From contig PNKK01000004.1 of assembly GCA_013822395.1 (NCBI GenBank), positions 33,966 to 97,965 on the forward strand: a stretch of DNA of 64,000 nucleotides. The letters are read 5' to 3'. The notes beneath the pieces were generated by a model that made no database searches, had not been told where the DNA came from, and saw only the letters and a program-made list of their open reading frames with translations. A program made the position numbers and the translations under genes. Below, piece by piece: positions 1 through 11,426 of the stretch. The stretch's first letter is position 1; each line of letters starts with the position of its first letter. This DNA is from Anaerolinea sp. GTDB lineage: Bacteria > Chloroflexota > Limnocylindria > Limnocylindrales > CSP1-4.

Positions 1-442
1 ACTCGGCGACGCGGAGGGCAGCATCCTGCCTGCGGCTCTCGCGCGGCAATCCCAGACCAACGTTTCCGGCGAGGGTCCGCCATGGCAGCAGCCGAGGCTC
101 CTGGAACGCCACCGCACAGCGTGCGTCGACCCCCGCGACGGGACTCCCGTCGATTCGGACGACGCCTGCCGATGGCGAGTCGAGACCGGCGGCAATCCGC
201 AGGAGGGTCGACTTGCCGCAGCCACTCGCGCCGAGGATCGCGACGACTTCACCGGGCGCGATGGACAGGGAGATGTCGCGAACGACCAGGTGGCCCGAGA
301 CCGGAGCGCCGTGGCGTCGCCGCTCCGAGGCGAAGGCACGACCGACCGCGACGAACTCGACCTCGTACTTCGTATTGGTGAGCGGCGCCTGCGTTGGAGG
401 CCTGGAACGGCTGGAATCGTCCGGAACGATGGCGAGAGGCAT
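1..442 (-). CDS. ABC transporter ATP-binding protein (nitrate/sulfonate/taurine-type), N-terminal part only; gene continues beyond the left edge
   Basis: Manual minus-strand translation from ATG (complement of 440-442): MPLAIVPDD...VVRDISLSIAPGEVVAILGASGCGKSTLLRIAAGLDSP...AFQEPRLLPW. Walker A is GASGCGKST. Absent from the ORF track because it is open at the window edge. Confidence 0.8.
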   Translation of the reverse strand, partial: MPLAIVPDDSSRSRPPTQAPLTNTKYEVEFVAVGRAFASERRRHGAPVSGHLVVRDISLSIAPGEVVAILGASGCGKSTLLRIAAGLDSPSAGVVRIDGSPVAGVDARCAVAFQEPRLLPWRTLAGNVGLGLPRESRRQDAALRVAE

Positions 443-828
443 GTCGGCTCCCAGAGTCGTGGACAGGACAGGGAGCGGACCGGCCCGAGATCGGGCGCAC
501 GTCAGGCGGTAGGTCGAACGCTGGCCGCGGGATGGGGCCGGCCCGCACAGAGGCGGCGAGGCCGGTCGAGAGTCCGCTAGCGGCGCTCGAGGGTGATGCG
601 CACGCGCGGGCGATCGATCAGCTCTCGCTGACGACACATACAGCGGCCCGGCAGGTGCGGTGCGACAGTCCTCACGGCTCGACCAGCCTGCCACAACGCG
701 AAGGAGCGTGCAACCCTTCCTGCGTTGCGATTCGGTCGCGAAGTCCCAAACAGGAGGACTGACGCTGGGACTCGAACGTGAGCGAGGCGCGCAGGCGATA
801 ACGCGCGACCGGCCCGGATCAGACGCCG

Positions 829-1908
829 CTAATCGTTGTAGAGGCGCTCCTCGATCAGCTTCTCCTGCACCGTCCGGCCGTTCGGGTCGAAGCACGAGTA
901 CTCGAAGTGCTTCTCGAACTCGATGTCCACGTTGTCCTGGCCACCGCGATTCTTCTCCACGGACAGGACCACCCAGTCGCGGAAGCGCTGCGCCTGGTAC
1001 GGGTTGAACTCGATATTGACCTTGGCGACGATGTGGTACTTCTCGTTCAGGATGACGATGATGTCGGCCTCATAGTTGATCGCAGACGAGCCGCGCAGGT
1101 GGAAGTTCCGCAGGCGCGACGCCTTCAGCCCCTCCTTGTCTGCCGCCACGATCGCGATCATCGGGACTTCCTCGGACAGGGCGATATCCTTGAGGCCGTT
1201 GACGACGAACGTGACCTTCTCCGTCTCCGTGTTGGGTTCCGGGATCTGCGGCACCTTCTGGAGGTAGTCCACGATCACCGTCAGGCGCCGCTCGCCGGCC
1301 AGCTCGCGATGTTGCCGGACGAGCCTGCGCAGGTTGTCGACCGTGCTCGCCGTCGCCGAGCCGCGGAGCAGGAACAGGTTCTGCCCGTAGCGTGCGATCC
1401 GATCGAGCGACGGCCGGAGGCGCGGGTTGCTCGCGAGGTTCGGCGCCTCCCCGCCCGAGCCGGACCAGGTCCCGAGGATCTCCCTGCGGACGTCCTGGAT
1501 CTTGATCGCGCCGGTTTTCTGGGGCAGGTGAGCGAGGGCCGACTCCAGAGCGATCAGCCGGTTCAGAAGATACGGCTCGTCGTGCTCGAAGCAGACGTAG
1601 AGGACGCTGGCCTGGCCGGACAAGGCGACGTTGCGCGCCATCTGGAGCGCCATCGTCGTCTTGCCGGTGCCCTGCGCGCCGCCGATGAGCAGGAGCTCAC
1701 CGGGCCGCAACCCGCCGCCGATCGTCTTGTCGAGCGGCGTGAAGCCGAGCGGGACCGGCTGATATTCGCCGAGCTGACCGCTGACGACCTTGTCATTCAG
1801 GTCCACGAGCACGTCCAGGGCGGACCGCGGAGCCATGCTCCCGGTGTCGCTGTCCAGCCGCCACGCGCGGGCCCCCGCGTCCGCAGGCGCGTTCGCCTCT
1901 GTCGTCAC
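829..1908 (-). CDS. standalone DnaB-C-terminal-like (RecA-fold, KaiC/RadA-like) P-loop ATPase
   Basis: ORF 829..2088(-). Walker A GAQGTGKTT, Walker B-like LTVIVDYLQ, DnaB_C-like GSSAINYEADIIVIL. No DnaB N-terminal domain is present. Start set at GTG 1908, with GGGGAG about 12 nt upstream; ATG 1836 is the alternative. Confidence 0.7.
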   Translation of the reverse strand: MTTEANAPADAGARAWRLDSDTGSMAPRSALDVLVDLNDKVVSGQLGEYQPVPLGFTPLDKTIGGGLRPGELLLIGGAQGTGKTTMALQMARNVALSGQASVLYVCFEHDEPYLLNRLIALESALAHLPQKTGAIKIQDVRREILGTWSGSGGEAPNLASNPRLRPSLDRIARYGQNLFLLRGSATASTVDNLRRLVRQHRELAGERRLTVIVDYLQKVPQIPEPNTETEKVTFVVNGLKDIALSEEVPMIAIVAADKEGLKASRLRNFHLRGSSAINYEADIIVILNEKYHIVAKVNIEFNPYQAQRFRDWVVLSVEKNRGGQDNVDIEFEKHFEYSCFDPNGRTVQEKLIEERLYND

Positions 1909-1946
1909 GATTCGATGGGCCTCCCCGAGCAGATCACGTGGCCGGC

Positions 1947-1956
1947 ATCGTAGCAC
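1947..1956 (-). promoter_or_regulatory. candidate extended -10 box (TGcTACGAT) for the DnaB-C-like gene
   Basis: Minus strand reads GTGCTACGAT about 40 nt upstream of GTG 1908. The same GGTGCTAC context occurs upstream of the valS T-box leader (43391-43400). Confidence 0.3.
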
Positions 1957-2092
1957 CCGCGACTCGGGTGAGCCCGCCCCGTGGGCCACCCGAGGGGATC
2001 CAGGAACACCGGCGGGACGCCGTGCCCGGCACCGAGCCCGTCGCAATCCCGCAGCCGCGCGCCGACGCACGCACGCCGACGCCCGCACGCCG

Positions 2093-3496
2093 CTAGGCGC
2101 CGCCGAGCTCTCCCAGGCCGTGCTCCCCCAGCATGTCCCAGAGAAGGCAGATCGTTCGGATCCCCGTTTCGTAGTTCGCGAGGACCATCGACTCGTTCGG
2201 GGCGTGGGCGTTGTCGTCCGGGTTCGTGAACCCCATCAGAACCACGGTGAGCCCGAGCTGGCGCTCGAGCATCTCGGCGACCGGGATGGAACCGCCCGAT
2301 CGGATGAACACCGGCGCGTGCCCGAACGTTGCCTCGAGCGCGTGGCCGGCCGCGCGGACGGCCGGATGGTCCACCGGCGTCGCGCTCGGCCGGCCGGCCC
2401 CGAGCCGGGTGACCTCGACGCGCACGCCGGGCGGCACGACCTGGAGCACGTGATCGCGAAACTGGAGGAAGAGCTTGTCCGGGTCCTGATTCGCGACCAG
2501 GCGCATGCTGACCTTGGCGTGCGCATGGGACGGGATGATCGTCTTGGCGCCGTCGCCCTGGAAGCCGCCCCAGATTCCGTTGACGTCGAGCGTCGGCCGA
2601 GCGCCCTCGCGCTCCAGGACCGAGTAGCCCTGCTCGCCCGCCAGCGCCGGGACCCCGATCCGGTCCAGGTATGCCGGTTCATCGAACGGGAGTGCCGCCA
2701 GGCGGGCCCGGGCCGCGGCGTCGAGCGGGACCACGTCGTCGTAGAAGCCCGGCACGCGGACGACCCCGTCCCGGTCCTTGAGCTCCGAGATGATCCGGGC
2801 CAGGGCGTTGGCGGGGTTCTCGACGTTGCCCCCGTAGCTCCCGGAGTGGAGATCCGCCGGGGCGCCCGTGACGTCGATCTGCGTGTAGAGGATCCCGCGA
2901 AGCGATTCGGTGATCGCCGGGATGTTGCCCTCGAAGAACCCGGTGTCGCTGATGACGACGACGTCGGCGGCCAGGCGGTCGCGGTTCGCCTCGAGCCATG
3001 CGTCCAGGTGCTCGGAGCTCGACTCCTCCTCGCCCTCGAAGACGAACTTCAGGTTCACCGGGAGCCGGCCGCGGGTCGCGAAGAGGGCCTCTGCCGCGCG
3101 GAGGTGCATGTGGAGCTGGCCCTTGTCGTCCGCGGCGCCGCGCCCGACGACCCGCCCGTCCCGGATGAACGGCTCGAACGGCGCGGTCTCCCACAGCTCG
3201 ATCGGATCGACCGGCTGGACGTCGTAGTGGCAGTAGACGAGGACCGTCGGCGCGCCCTTGGCGTGGAGCCAGTCGCCGTAGACGACCGGGTGCCCGCCGG
3301 TCTCGCTCACCTCGGCGTGCTCGACGCCGATCCGGCTGAGCTCGGCAACGATCCAGTCGGCCGCTCGCCGGATGTCGCCCGCATGTTCGGGCAGGGCCGA
3401 GATGCTCGGGATCCGGAGGAAGTCGAGGTACGAGGCACGGCGCTGCTCGCGCGTGGCCTGCAGGTTGGCTTCGACGGCGGGATCGAGCGCGGTCAT
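2093..3496 (-). CDS. M20 family dipeptidase / metallopeptidase
   Basis: ORF 2093..3706(-) trimmed to ATG 3496 (GGAGG 4 nt upstream). M20 motifs CHYDVQP, GRGAADDKG, FVFEGEEESSS. Confidence 0.85.
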   Translation of the reverse strand: MTALDPAVEANLQATREQRRASYLDFLRIPSISALPEHAGDIRRAADWIVAELSRIGVEHAEVSETGGHPVVYGDWLHAKGAPTVLVYCHYDVQPVDPIELWETAPFEPFIRDGRVVGRGAADDKGQLHMHLRAAEALFATRGRLPVNLKFVFEGEEESSSEHLDAWLEANRDRLAADVVVISDTGFFEGNIPAITESLRGILYTQIDVTGAPADLHSGSYGGNVENPANALARIISELKDRDGVVRVPGFYDDVVPLDAAARARLAALPFDEPAYLDRIGVPALAGEQGYSVLEREGARPTLDVNGIWGGFQGDGAKTIIPSHAHAKVSMRLVANQDPDKLFLQFRDHVLQVVPPGVRVEVTRLGAGRPSATPVDHPAVRAAGHALEATFGHAPVFIRSGGSIPVAEMLERQLGLTVVLMGFTNPDDNAHAPNESMVLANYETGIRTICLLWDMLGEHGLGELGGA

Positions 3497-3539
3497 GCGG
3501 CCTCCACGTGATGCCCGGGAAATGCATCCGGGTTCCGAC

Positions 3540-5492
<1,953 letters not shown>

Positions 5493-5718
5493 GAAGTGCC
5501 TCCGGTGGTGGGCCGGCCTTCGGGCCGGTCCCGCGGCGAGTATAGCGCCGGGTCTCTTCGGACTCGCTGAGCGCACCTGAGCGCTCGGCGCCATTCGGCG
5601 CCCACGTCAGTGAATACGGACGCGACGGCCACGCGATTGGTGCCGCGGACCCGGTCCAGGCAAAGAAATCTCCACCAATGCCGGCGACACACCGCCGGGT
5701 CGCCTGGTCAGGGTCAGG

Positions 5719-5793
5719 TGGTAGCGGAGACAGGATTTGAACCTGTGACCAAGGGCTTATGAGTCCCCTGCTCTACCACTGAGCTACTCCGCC
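5719..5793 (-). tRNA. tRNA-Met (anticodon CAT)
   Basis: Reverse complement folds as a cloverleaf: GGCGGAG-TA-GCTC..GAGC-A-GGGGA-CTCATAA-GCCCT-TGGTC-ACAGG-TTCAAAT-CCTGT-CTCCGCT-A-CCA. CCA is encoded. There is one non-Watson-Crick pair at the base of the anticodon stem. A lysidine-modified tRNA-Ile2 cannot be excluded by eye. Confidence 0.85.
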
Positions 5794-5951
5794 ACGGATT
5801 CACGCTCAGTTACAGTCCATAACTGGCGCGGAGCTGACCGCTGCCGTTGTTGAGCCCATAAGTGGCGCCATGGTTCCAGACCCGACGGCCGATGATTATG
5901 AGCTCTAGCGCCCGCGGTCGGGCTCGACCTGATTCTATAGCCGAGCCGGAC

Positions 5952-6014
5952 ATTCTGGACAACCTGGCCTCGTTCACCCGTCACCTGCGGGCCGAGAACA
6001 AGGCGCCGGTCTCG
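5952..6014 (+). pseudogene. short fragment resembling the N-terminal SAM-like region of a tyrosine recombinase
   Basis: Frame of ORF 5862..6419(+) reads ILDNLASFTRHLRAENKAPVS, a pattern typical of integrase N-termini. No catalytic domain follows. Confidence 0.3.
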
Positions 6015-6057
6015 CGGCGAGCGCCCTCGGCGGCGCTGGCGGCCGGACGGCCTCGGC

Positions 6058-6600
6058 GCGCTCGAGCTCGCCATCCGGACGGCGATGCTCCGCCTCGGCG
6101 GCGACCTGCTCGCCGCTCTCCTCGCCCTCGACGCCGGCTACCACGGCCTGCACGTCGACTGCGGGGCAGGACCACGCCGCCCGGTTCGTCGGCTATCGCG
6201 AGAAACAGCTCGACACGGTCGTCGGACCGATCACCCTCCGGCGGGCCTACTACCACTGTCGAACGTGCCGGGCGGGCGTTGTGCCGCGCGATGCCGAGCT
6301 CGGGCTGGCCGGCGCCTCGCTCAGTCCCGGGCTCGCTCGGATGGTCGCCCGGGCGGGCGCCCACGAGCCGTTCGCCGCCGCCCGCCGCGACCTCGCCGAG
6401 CTGGCCGGGATCGAGCTGACGACGAAGCGGGTCGAGCGGACCGCCGAGGCGGCCGGGACGCGCATCCGGGCGGCCGCCCTGCGCGAGGCCGCGGCGCTCC
6501 TCGACGGCACGCTCGTGCCGGCCGGTTCGGCCTCCCCGATCGAGACGCTCTACGTCACGATCGACGGGACGAGCGTGCCGACCGTGCCCGGCGCAGGCTC
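6058..6600 (+). pseudogene. ISKra4-family transposase remnant (N-terminal half, frameshifted, 3' truncated)
   Basis: Two frames join. The first reads ALELAIRTAMLRLGGDLLAALLALDAGYHGLHVDCG. The second reads FVGYREKQLDTVVGPITLRRAYYHCRTCRAGVVPRDAELGLAGASLSPGLARMVARAG...TTKRVERTAE...LYVTIDGTSVP. The similarity stops at the 3' end of the neighbouring gene. Confidence 0.65.
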
Positions 6601-6608
6601 GCTACGTT

Positions 6609-8978
6609 CTAGGCTCGGCGGCGCGGACGGCGGAACGCGAGACGCAGGAGTCCGATCCGGAGCCGGCGGTGGGCTTCGGCCACGGCGCGCAGACGCGCCG
6701 GACCCAGATCGCGCCGGCCGTACGCGATCTCGACCTTCGCCTGGGCGACGGTGATCAGCTCCGGCCGGACGACCGGCACCGCCTCCCCAAGCACGCTCGC
6801 GTACTCGAAGACCGTTTGCGACGGCCGCGGCCCCAGGCCAAACCGGGCAGCCCAGCGACCGATCGAGCCCCAGGCCCGGTCCGGATGCATCGGCCGTGGC
6901 CCACGCCGCCAGGCGACGGACGCGAGCGCCAGCGCACCGATGAGCAGGAGCGCGCCGATCGCGAGGTAGGGGCCGCTGGAGGACCCGCTGCCGGTCGTGC
7001 CACCGCCCGAAACGTCCGGCGGCTCCGGCCTGCGATCAGGGCCGGTGTCCTCGCTGAAGCCCGGCCGGTTCGTGACAAGGTCCAATGAGGGCCGCGGCGT
7101 CGGCGACTCCGGCGGTCCGGACGGCGGCGGCACGAGCTGGGAGACGCTGCCACCGGTCGGGTCGAACGTCACCCAGCCATACCCCGGGAAGTAGACCTCC
7201 ACCCAGGCGTGGGCCCCGGAGTTGCGAACCACCTCGGTGCCATCGCCGCTGCGCTGGCCGGGCAGGAACCCCTGGGCGAGCCGGGTCGGGATCCCGATCT
7301 CGCGGAGGAGGATCGCCATCGTGCTCGCGTAGTACTGGCAGTAGCCGGCGCGGATGATCGCGAAGCATTCGACTGTGGACAGGCCCTGGCAGTCCTTCTG
7401 TGACTCCTCCCGCACGTCCGTGTCGTACCGGAAGTTGGCGGCGTCCTTCAGGTACTCCTGCATCGTCAGGGCGATGTCGTACGGGTTGTCGGCAGGCACC
7501 CGCGCGAGGATCGCGTCGAGCAGTGCCCGGGCCTGCGGACCGATGGACCCGGCCGGAACACCGAGGTAGAGGCGCCGGATCTCGGACGTGTAGTCGCGGC
7601 TGGCGACCCGGAGGCGGTTCTCGGTGATGGCCCCCGGTTCGGTCCCCATGACCGGGACGAGCGCGGTGACCGCATACGTGTCCGCTCCACCGAACTCGAC
7701 GGCCGCGAAGTATCGCTCGGGACCGACCGTCCGAACCGTGGCGGCGCGGTCGATGGACCGGATCGTCTGGGGACTCACCACGAGGCTCGAGGTGAACGTG
7801 TCCGGCGTGATCTGGAACTGCACCTGGCGACGGTTCGGCTGGTCGACCGCGTCGTCGGCGGTGCCGGTCAGCAGGTCCTCGCCCGCCGCGCGGTCAGTCG
7901 ACGTGGTCTGGCCCCAGGTCCAGGCGGTCAGCTCGAAATCGGCGTACGTGCCGACCCGCCAGTAGAACCGCTGGGTCTCCGTGGCGGGCATCTTCACCCT
8001 GAAGGCGACCTCGTCACTGGACGACCAGACGCCGATGATCGGTGAGCTCGGGCCGAAGGCAACGATCCCCGGGCTGCGCGAGGTTCCGCCGAGGGGCAGG
8101 TAGCGCTGGAGCACCTGCGACAGCCCGACGAGATTGCCCGGCACGTCGCGCCACAGGCTCTGGAGCGGCGCCGACGAGGCCGTCGCGGTGAGGAGCAGAG
8201 CGCCGAGGATCGCGCCGGCGACGAACACCGCGCCGCCCCGGACGTAGAGTGAGGTCACGGTCGCCGGATCGCCGATCCGCCGCCGGAGCCACGTGACGCG
8301 CTCGTCGAAGGCGTGGGATCGGACGAGCAGGACGAGCGCCGCCAGCGAGAAGAGGACCATCAGGTAGAGCTGGTCGATCTCGGTGAGGGACATGTTCACG
8401 AGGAGGACCAGGCCGGTCACGATCACCGCGTTGAGCGTCCGCCGGTGGCCGAAGACGGCATACGCGGCAAACTGGCCGGTGGCCCAGACGAGCGCGCCGA
8501 TGGCGATGAAGTAGTGCCCGTATTCGTTGGTCAGCGGTCGGCCCTCGATGGCCAGGTCGATCCAGACGCGGACGACGATCTCGCCCGCCTCGCGGTAGCG
8601 GGCTTGGATCGCGGCCGGGCCCCAGCCCTCGACGGCGTCGCCCAGGACGATCGCCCCGGCGATGATCGGCATCAGGAGCGCGGCGAAGGCGATGCCGATG
8701 AGATGCGTCGTCCAGCGGCCCCAGCCCAGCTTCGGGCCCATGAACCCGACGAGGACGCCGCCCAGGCCCACGATTGGCAGGAAGTCGGTGAGCGACCCGA
8801 CGCCCCGGACCCATTTCGCGTCGTCGATGGACCAGCTCAGGCTGACGATCATGACGACGACGCCCGCCAGAGCCAGCCAGCCCTCGGCGGGGCCGGCGAG
8901 GAGCCGAGCGAGGATCGACTGGTCTCCTCGCGCGGACGCGGGCGCATATGCGGTCACGGGCGCGGTCGCGGCGGTCAT
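6609..8978 (-). CDS. multi-pass membrane protein with transglutaminase-like core (TgpA-like)
   Basis: ORF 6609..9191(-) trimmed to ATG 8978, which forms an ATGA overlap with the upstream stop. N-terminal TM helices are present. Cys-His-Asp core context is GYCQYYASTMAILLREIGIPTRLAQGF...GAHAWVEVYFPGYGWVTFDPT. Confidence 0.85.
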   Translation of the reverse strand: MTAATAPVTAYAPASARGDQSILARLLAGPAEGWLALAGVVVMIVSLSWSIDDAKWVRGVGSLTDFLPIVGLGGVLVGFMGPKLGWGRWTTHLIGIAFAALLMPIIAGAIVLGDAVEGWGPAAIQARYREAGEIVVRVWIDLAIEGRPLTNEYGHYFIAIGALVWATGQFAAYAVFGHRRTLNAVIVTGLVLLVNMSLTEIDQLYLMVLFSLAALVLLVRSHAFDERVTWLRRRIGDPATVTSLYVRGGAVFVAGAILGALLLTATASSAPLQSLWRDVPGNLVGLSQVLQRYLPLGGTSRSPGIVAFGPSSPIIGVWSSSDEVAFRVKMPATETQRFYWRVGTYADFELTAWTWGQTTSTDRAAGEDLLTGTADDAVDQPNRRQVQFQITPDTFTSSLVVSPQTIRSIDRAATVRTVGPERYFAAVEFGGADTYAVTALVPVMGTEPGAITENRLRVASRDYTSEIRRLYLGVPAGSIGPQARALLDAILARVPADNPYDIALTMQEYLKDAANFRYDTDVREESQKDCQGLSTVECFAIIRAGYCQYYASTMAILLREIGIPTRLAQGFLPGQRSGDGTEVVRNSGAHAWVEVYFPGYGWVTFDPTGGSVSQLVPPPSGPPESPTPRPSLDLVTNRPGFSEDTGPDRRPEPPDVSGGGTTGSGSSSGPYLAIGALLLIGALALASVAWRRGPRPMHPDRAWGSIGRWAARFGLGPRPSQTVFEYASVLGEAVPVVRPELITVAQAKVEIAYGRRDLGPARLRAVAEAHRRLRIGLLRLAFRRPRRRA

Positions 8979-10234
8979 CCCACAAGCACCTCCCCGAGCG
9001 GGCGTGCCGGGTGTACCCAATGGACCTCCACGTCGAACTCGGACAGGGCGTGTCGGAGGGCACGGACCCGCTGGGCACGGGCGTCCTCGGCGGTGGGATC
9101 GGGCGGCTCCGGCGGGAGGCCGTGCAGCCGGAGCTCCTCGTTCCGACCGTACCGCTCGAACTCGGCGATCTCGAAGCCGGTCACGACGCACCCCACGCCG
9201 CGGGCACGGAGCGCGGAGAGCGGTTTGATCCAGTCGCGATCGAGCGATGGCGTGATGACGACGGCGGTCATCCCGCGCCGGATCCGGGGCACGGTCTCGA
9301 CGAGGGCCTCGGACAGCGGTGTGGTGCCGTCGCCGTCAACCGCCGCGAGGAGCTGCATGATCTTCAGGTGCTGGCGGGCGCCGCGGTCGGGCGGAAGCTG
9401 CGCCAGGTGGTGCGCGTTCACCGTCAGCCCGACGGCGCGGTTCTCCTGGATCGCCTTGTCGGCGATGGAGGCGGCGGCCCGGACGCCGACCTCAACCGTG
9501 GACTCGTCGCCCCGGCCAGCCTGGCCGGACCGGTCGAGGTCCAGGACGATCCAGGCGTCGGCGGTCTGCTCCAGCTCGAACTCCTTGACCTGGATCTCGC
9601 CGTGGCGAGCGGTCGACTTCCAGTGGATGCGGTTGAACGCGTCACCCGGCGCCCACGGCCGAACGGTCGTCGCGAGCGGAGAGGTCTGCAGGGTGCGCTC
9701 GGGCATCGCGTGGCTCCCGTCCACGTTCGCCGCAGGCAGCTTCCAGAGCGGCAGGGCCTCGATCCGCGGGTAGACGACGACGGACACGCCCGTCCCGACC
9801 GCGGCCGACGACTCGAAGAACCCGAACGGGTCGCCCGTCCGGATCAGGAGCGGCTCCACGCGGAAGTGGCCGCGCCGTGCGAGCGGGGTTCTGACGAGCC
9901 AGGACCGCTCCGAGCGGGCACCGAGCGACAACGCGCGGCCGGGCAGGCCGGCCGGCAGGGAGGTCGGGTTGTGGACCTCCAGCCAGAGCTTGGGGACGCG
10001 GCTCATGTTGCGCAGTGTGTACGTGACGCGGAGCCGGTCACCGACGTGCCCGGAGAGCTGGTTCACTGCGTAGCCGGCCTCCAGGTCGGCAAGGCCGAGG
10101 CGGGTGAGGACGTACGACCCGCCGACGACGAGGATCGCGAGGTAGACGAGGTAGAAGAGGAACGGGAACCCGGTTGAGAAGGCGGCCACGACGAGCCCCG
10201 CGCCGATGAGCACGATCTGGAGCCGGCGCAGCAT
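8975..10234 (-). CDS. DUF58 (vWA-like) domain protein
   Basis: ORF 8975..10234(-). Has two N-terminal TM helices, and its position between MoxR and the transglutaminase protein is typical of the family. Call is by family recollection. Confidence 0.7.
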   Translation of the reverse strand: MLRRLQIVLIGAGLVVAAFSTGFPFLFYLVYLAILVVGGSYVLTRLGLADLEAGYAVNQLSGHVGDRLRVTYTLRNMSRVPKLWLEVHNPTSLPAGLPGRALSLGARSERSWLVRTPLARRGHFRVEPLLIRTGDPFGFFESSAAVGTGVSVVVYPRIEALPLWKLPAANVDGSHAMPERTLQTSPLATTVRPWAPGDAFNRIHWKSTARHGEIQVKEFELEQTADAWIVLDLDRSGQAGRGDESTVEVGVRAAASIADKAIQENRAVGLTVNAHHLAQLPPDRGARQHLKIMQLLAAVDGDGTTPLSEALVETVPRIRRGMTAVVITPSLDRDWIKPLSALRARGVGCVVTGFEIAEFERYGRNEELRLHGLPPEPPDPTAEDARAQRVRALRHALSEFDVEVHWVHPARPLGEVLVG

Positions 10235-10265
10235 CCGTGTGCCCTCGCGCTCGCTCGGCGGCCGA

Positions 10266-11282
10266 TCAGACCTGAGCCGCTCGCGTGTGTGCCGCGACTT
10301 CGCGCGGCCCGCCGGATCCGCTCGACCCGCCGGAGCCGGTCGGGGTGATCCCCTCGATCGGGGTCGCCTCGAGGAGCTCGGCGACGACCTGGGCCGGGTG
10401 GACGTCGTGGATGGACGAGCTCGTCTTGATGATCAGGCGGTGGGCGAGAGCCGGCTCGGCGAGGGCCTTGACATCATCCGGGAGGACGTAGTCACGGCCC
10501 AGCAGGCCGGCCAGTGCCTGGCCCGCGCGGTAGAGAGCGATCGAGCCACGCGGAGATGCGCCCAGGTAGACGTCGGGGTGGGTCCGGGTCGCGCCGACGA
10601 GGCGGACGATATACTCGGCGACGCTCGGGTCCACGTAGACCTCGCGGACCGCCGCCTGCATCTCACGGAGCTCCTCGACGGAGCAGACGGTCTCGAGCTC
10701 CTCGATTGGATGGTGCCGCTTCTGCTCGTCGAGGATCACGATCTCCTCGACCGGCTGCGGATAACCGAGCTTGATCCGGAGCATGAATCGGTCGAGCTGG
10801 GCCTCGGGGAGGGCGAACGTCCCCTCGTACTCGATCGGGTTCTGGGTAGCGATGACGAGGAACGGATCGGGCATCGCCCAGGTCGTTCCGTCGACCGTCG
10901 CCTGGCGCTCCTCCATGCACTCGAGGAGCGACGACTGCGTCTTCGGGGTCGCCCGGTTGATCTCGTCGGCCAGAACGACCTGACTCATGATCGGGCCGGG
11001 CCGGAACTCGAACTCCTGGGTCTTCTGGTTGTAGATCGACAGGCCGGTGACGTCGGACGGCAGGAGATCCGGCGTGAACTGGATCCGTCGGAAGGTACAG
11101 CCGAGGCTCTTGGCGATCGCCTTGGCGAGCACCGTCTTGCCCGTGCCGGGCACGTCCTCGATGAGGAGGTGGCCCCGGCACAGCAGCGCGACGAGCGCGA
11201 ACCGGACCTCGCGGTGCTTGCCGACGATCACCCGCTCGACGTTCGCGAGAACGCGATCGCCCGTCTCCTGGATCCTGGTCAT
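10266..11282 (-). CDS. MoxR-family AAA+ ATPase
   Basis: ORF 10266..11282(-). Motifs [45 protein letters not shown] upstream of ATG 11282. Confidence 0.9.
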   Translation of the reverse strand: MTRIQETGDRVLANVERVIVGKHREVRFALVALLCRGHLLIEDVPGTGKTVLAKAIAKSLGCTFRRIQFTPDLLPSDVTGLSIYNQKTQEFEFRPGPIMSQVVLADEINRATPKTQSSLLECMEERQATVDGTTWAMPDPFLVIATQNPIEYEGTFALPEAQLDRFMLRIKLGYPQPVEEIVILDEQKRHHPIEELETVCSVEELREMQAAVREVYVDPSVAEYIVRLVGATRTHPDVYLGASPRGSIALYRAGQALAGLLGRDYVLPDDVKALAEPALAHRLIIKTSSSIHDVHPAQVVAELLEATPIEGITPTGSGGSSGSGGPREVAAHTRAAQV

Positions 11283-11426
11283 CCGTCTCCCTCGCCTCGG
11301 GGTATGGCATGTCGCCGACCCCGCAGGGGACGCGACGTCGCTGGATGGTACGTCGGAGACGCCGGAAAGGCTCTCGGCGTGACGGTCCGGGCGGTCGCCC
11401 GCGACACCGACGAGACCAGACGAGGG

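Noticed and set aside
745-800. GGGACTCGAAC / GTTCGAGTCC string that looks like a tRNA T-arm.
   Set aside because: The flanking bases cannot form a T-stem, acceptor stem or anticodon arm on either strand. At best it is a coincidental match or a tiny tRNA relic.
443-828. Possible riboswitch (TPP-like, because NitT/TauT-type ABC systems can import thiamine precursors) in the 386-nt leader of the partial ABC ATPase gene.
   Set aside because: Only loose matches were found (ACCTGCCGG, GAGAGCTGATCG). The conserved CTGAGA...ACCTGATCTGGATAATGCCAGCG...GGGA architecture is not present. An Infernal scan would be needed to say more.
5719-5793. Whether the CAT-anticodon tRNA is the initiator tRNA-fMet.
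   Set aside because: Positions 1 and 72 form a G-U pair rather than the C1xA72 mismatch characteristic of bacterial initiators. It is called simply tRNA-Met(CAT), and elongator versus Ile2 identity is left open.
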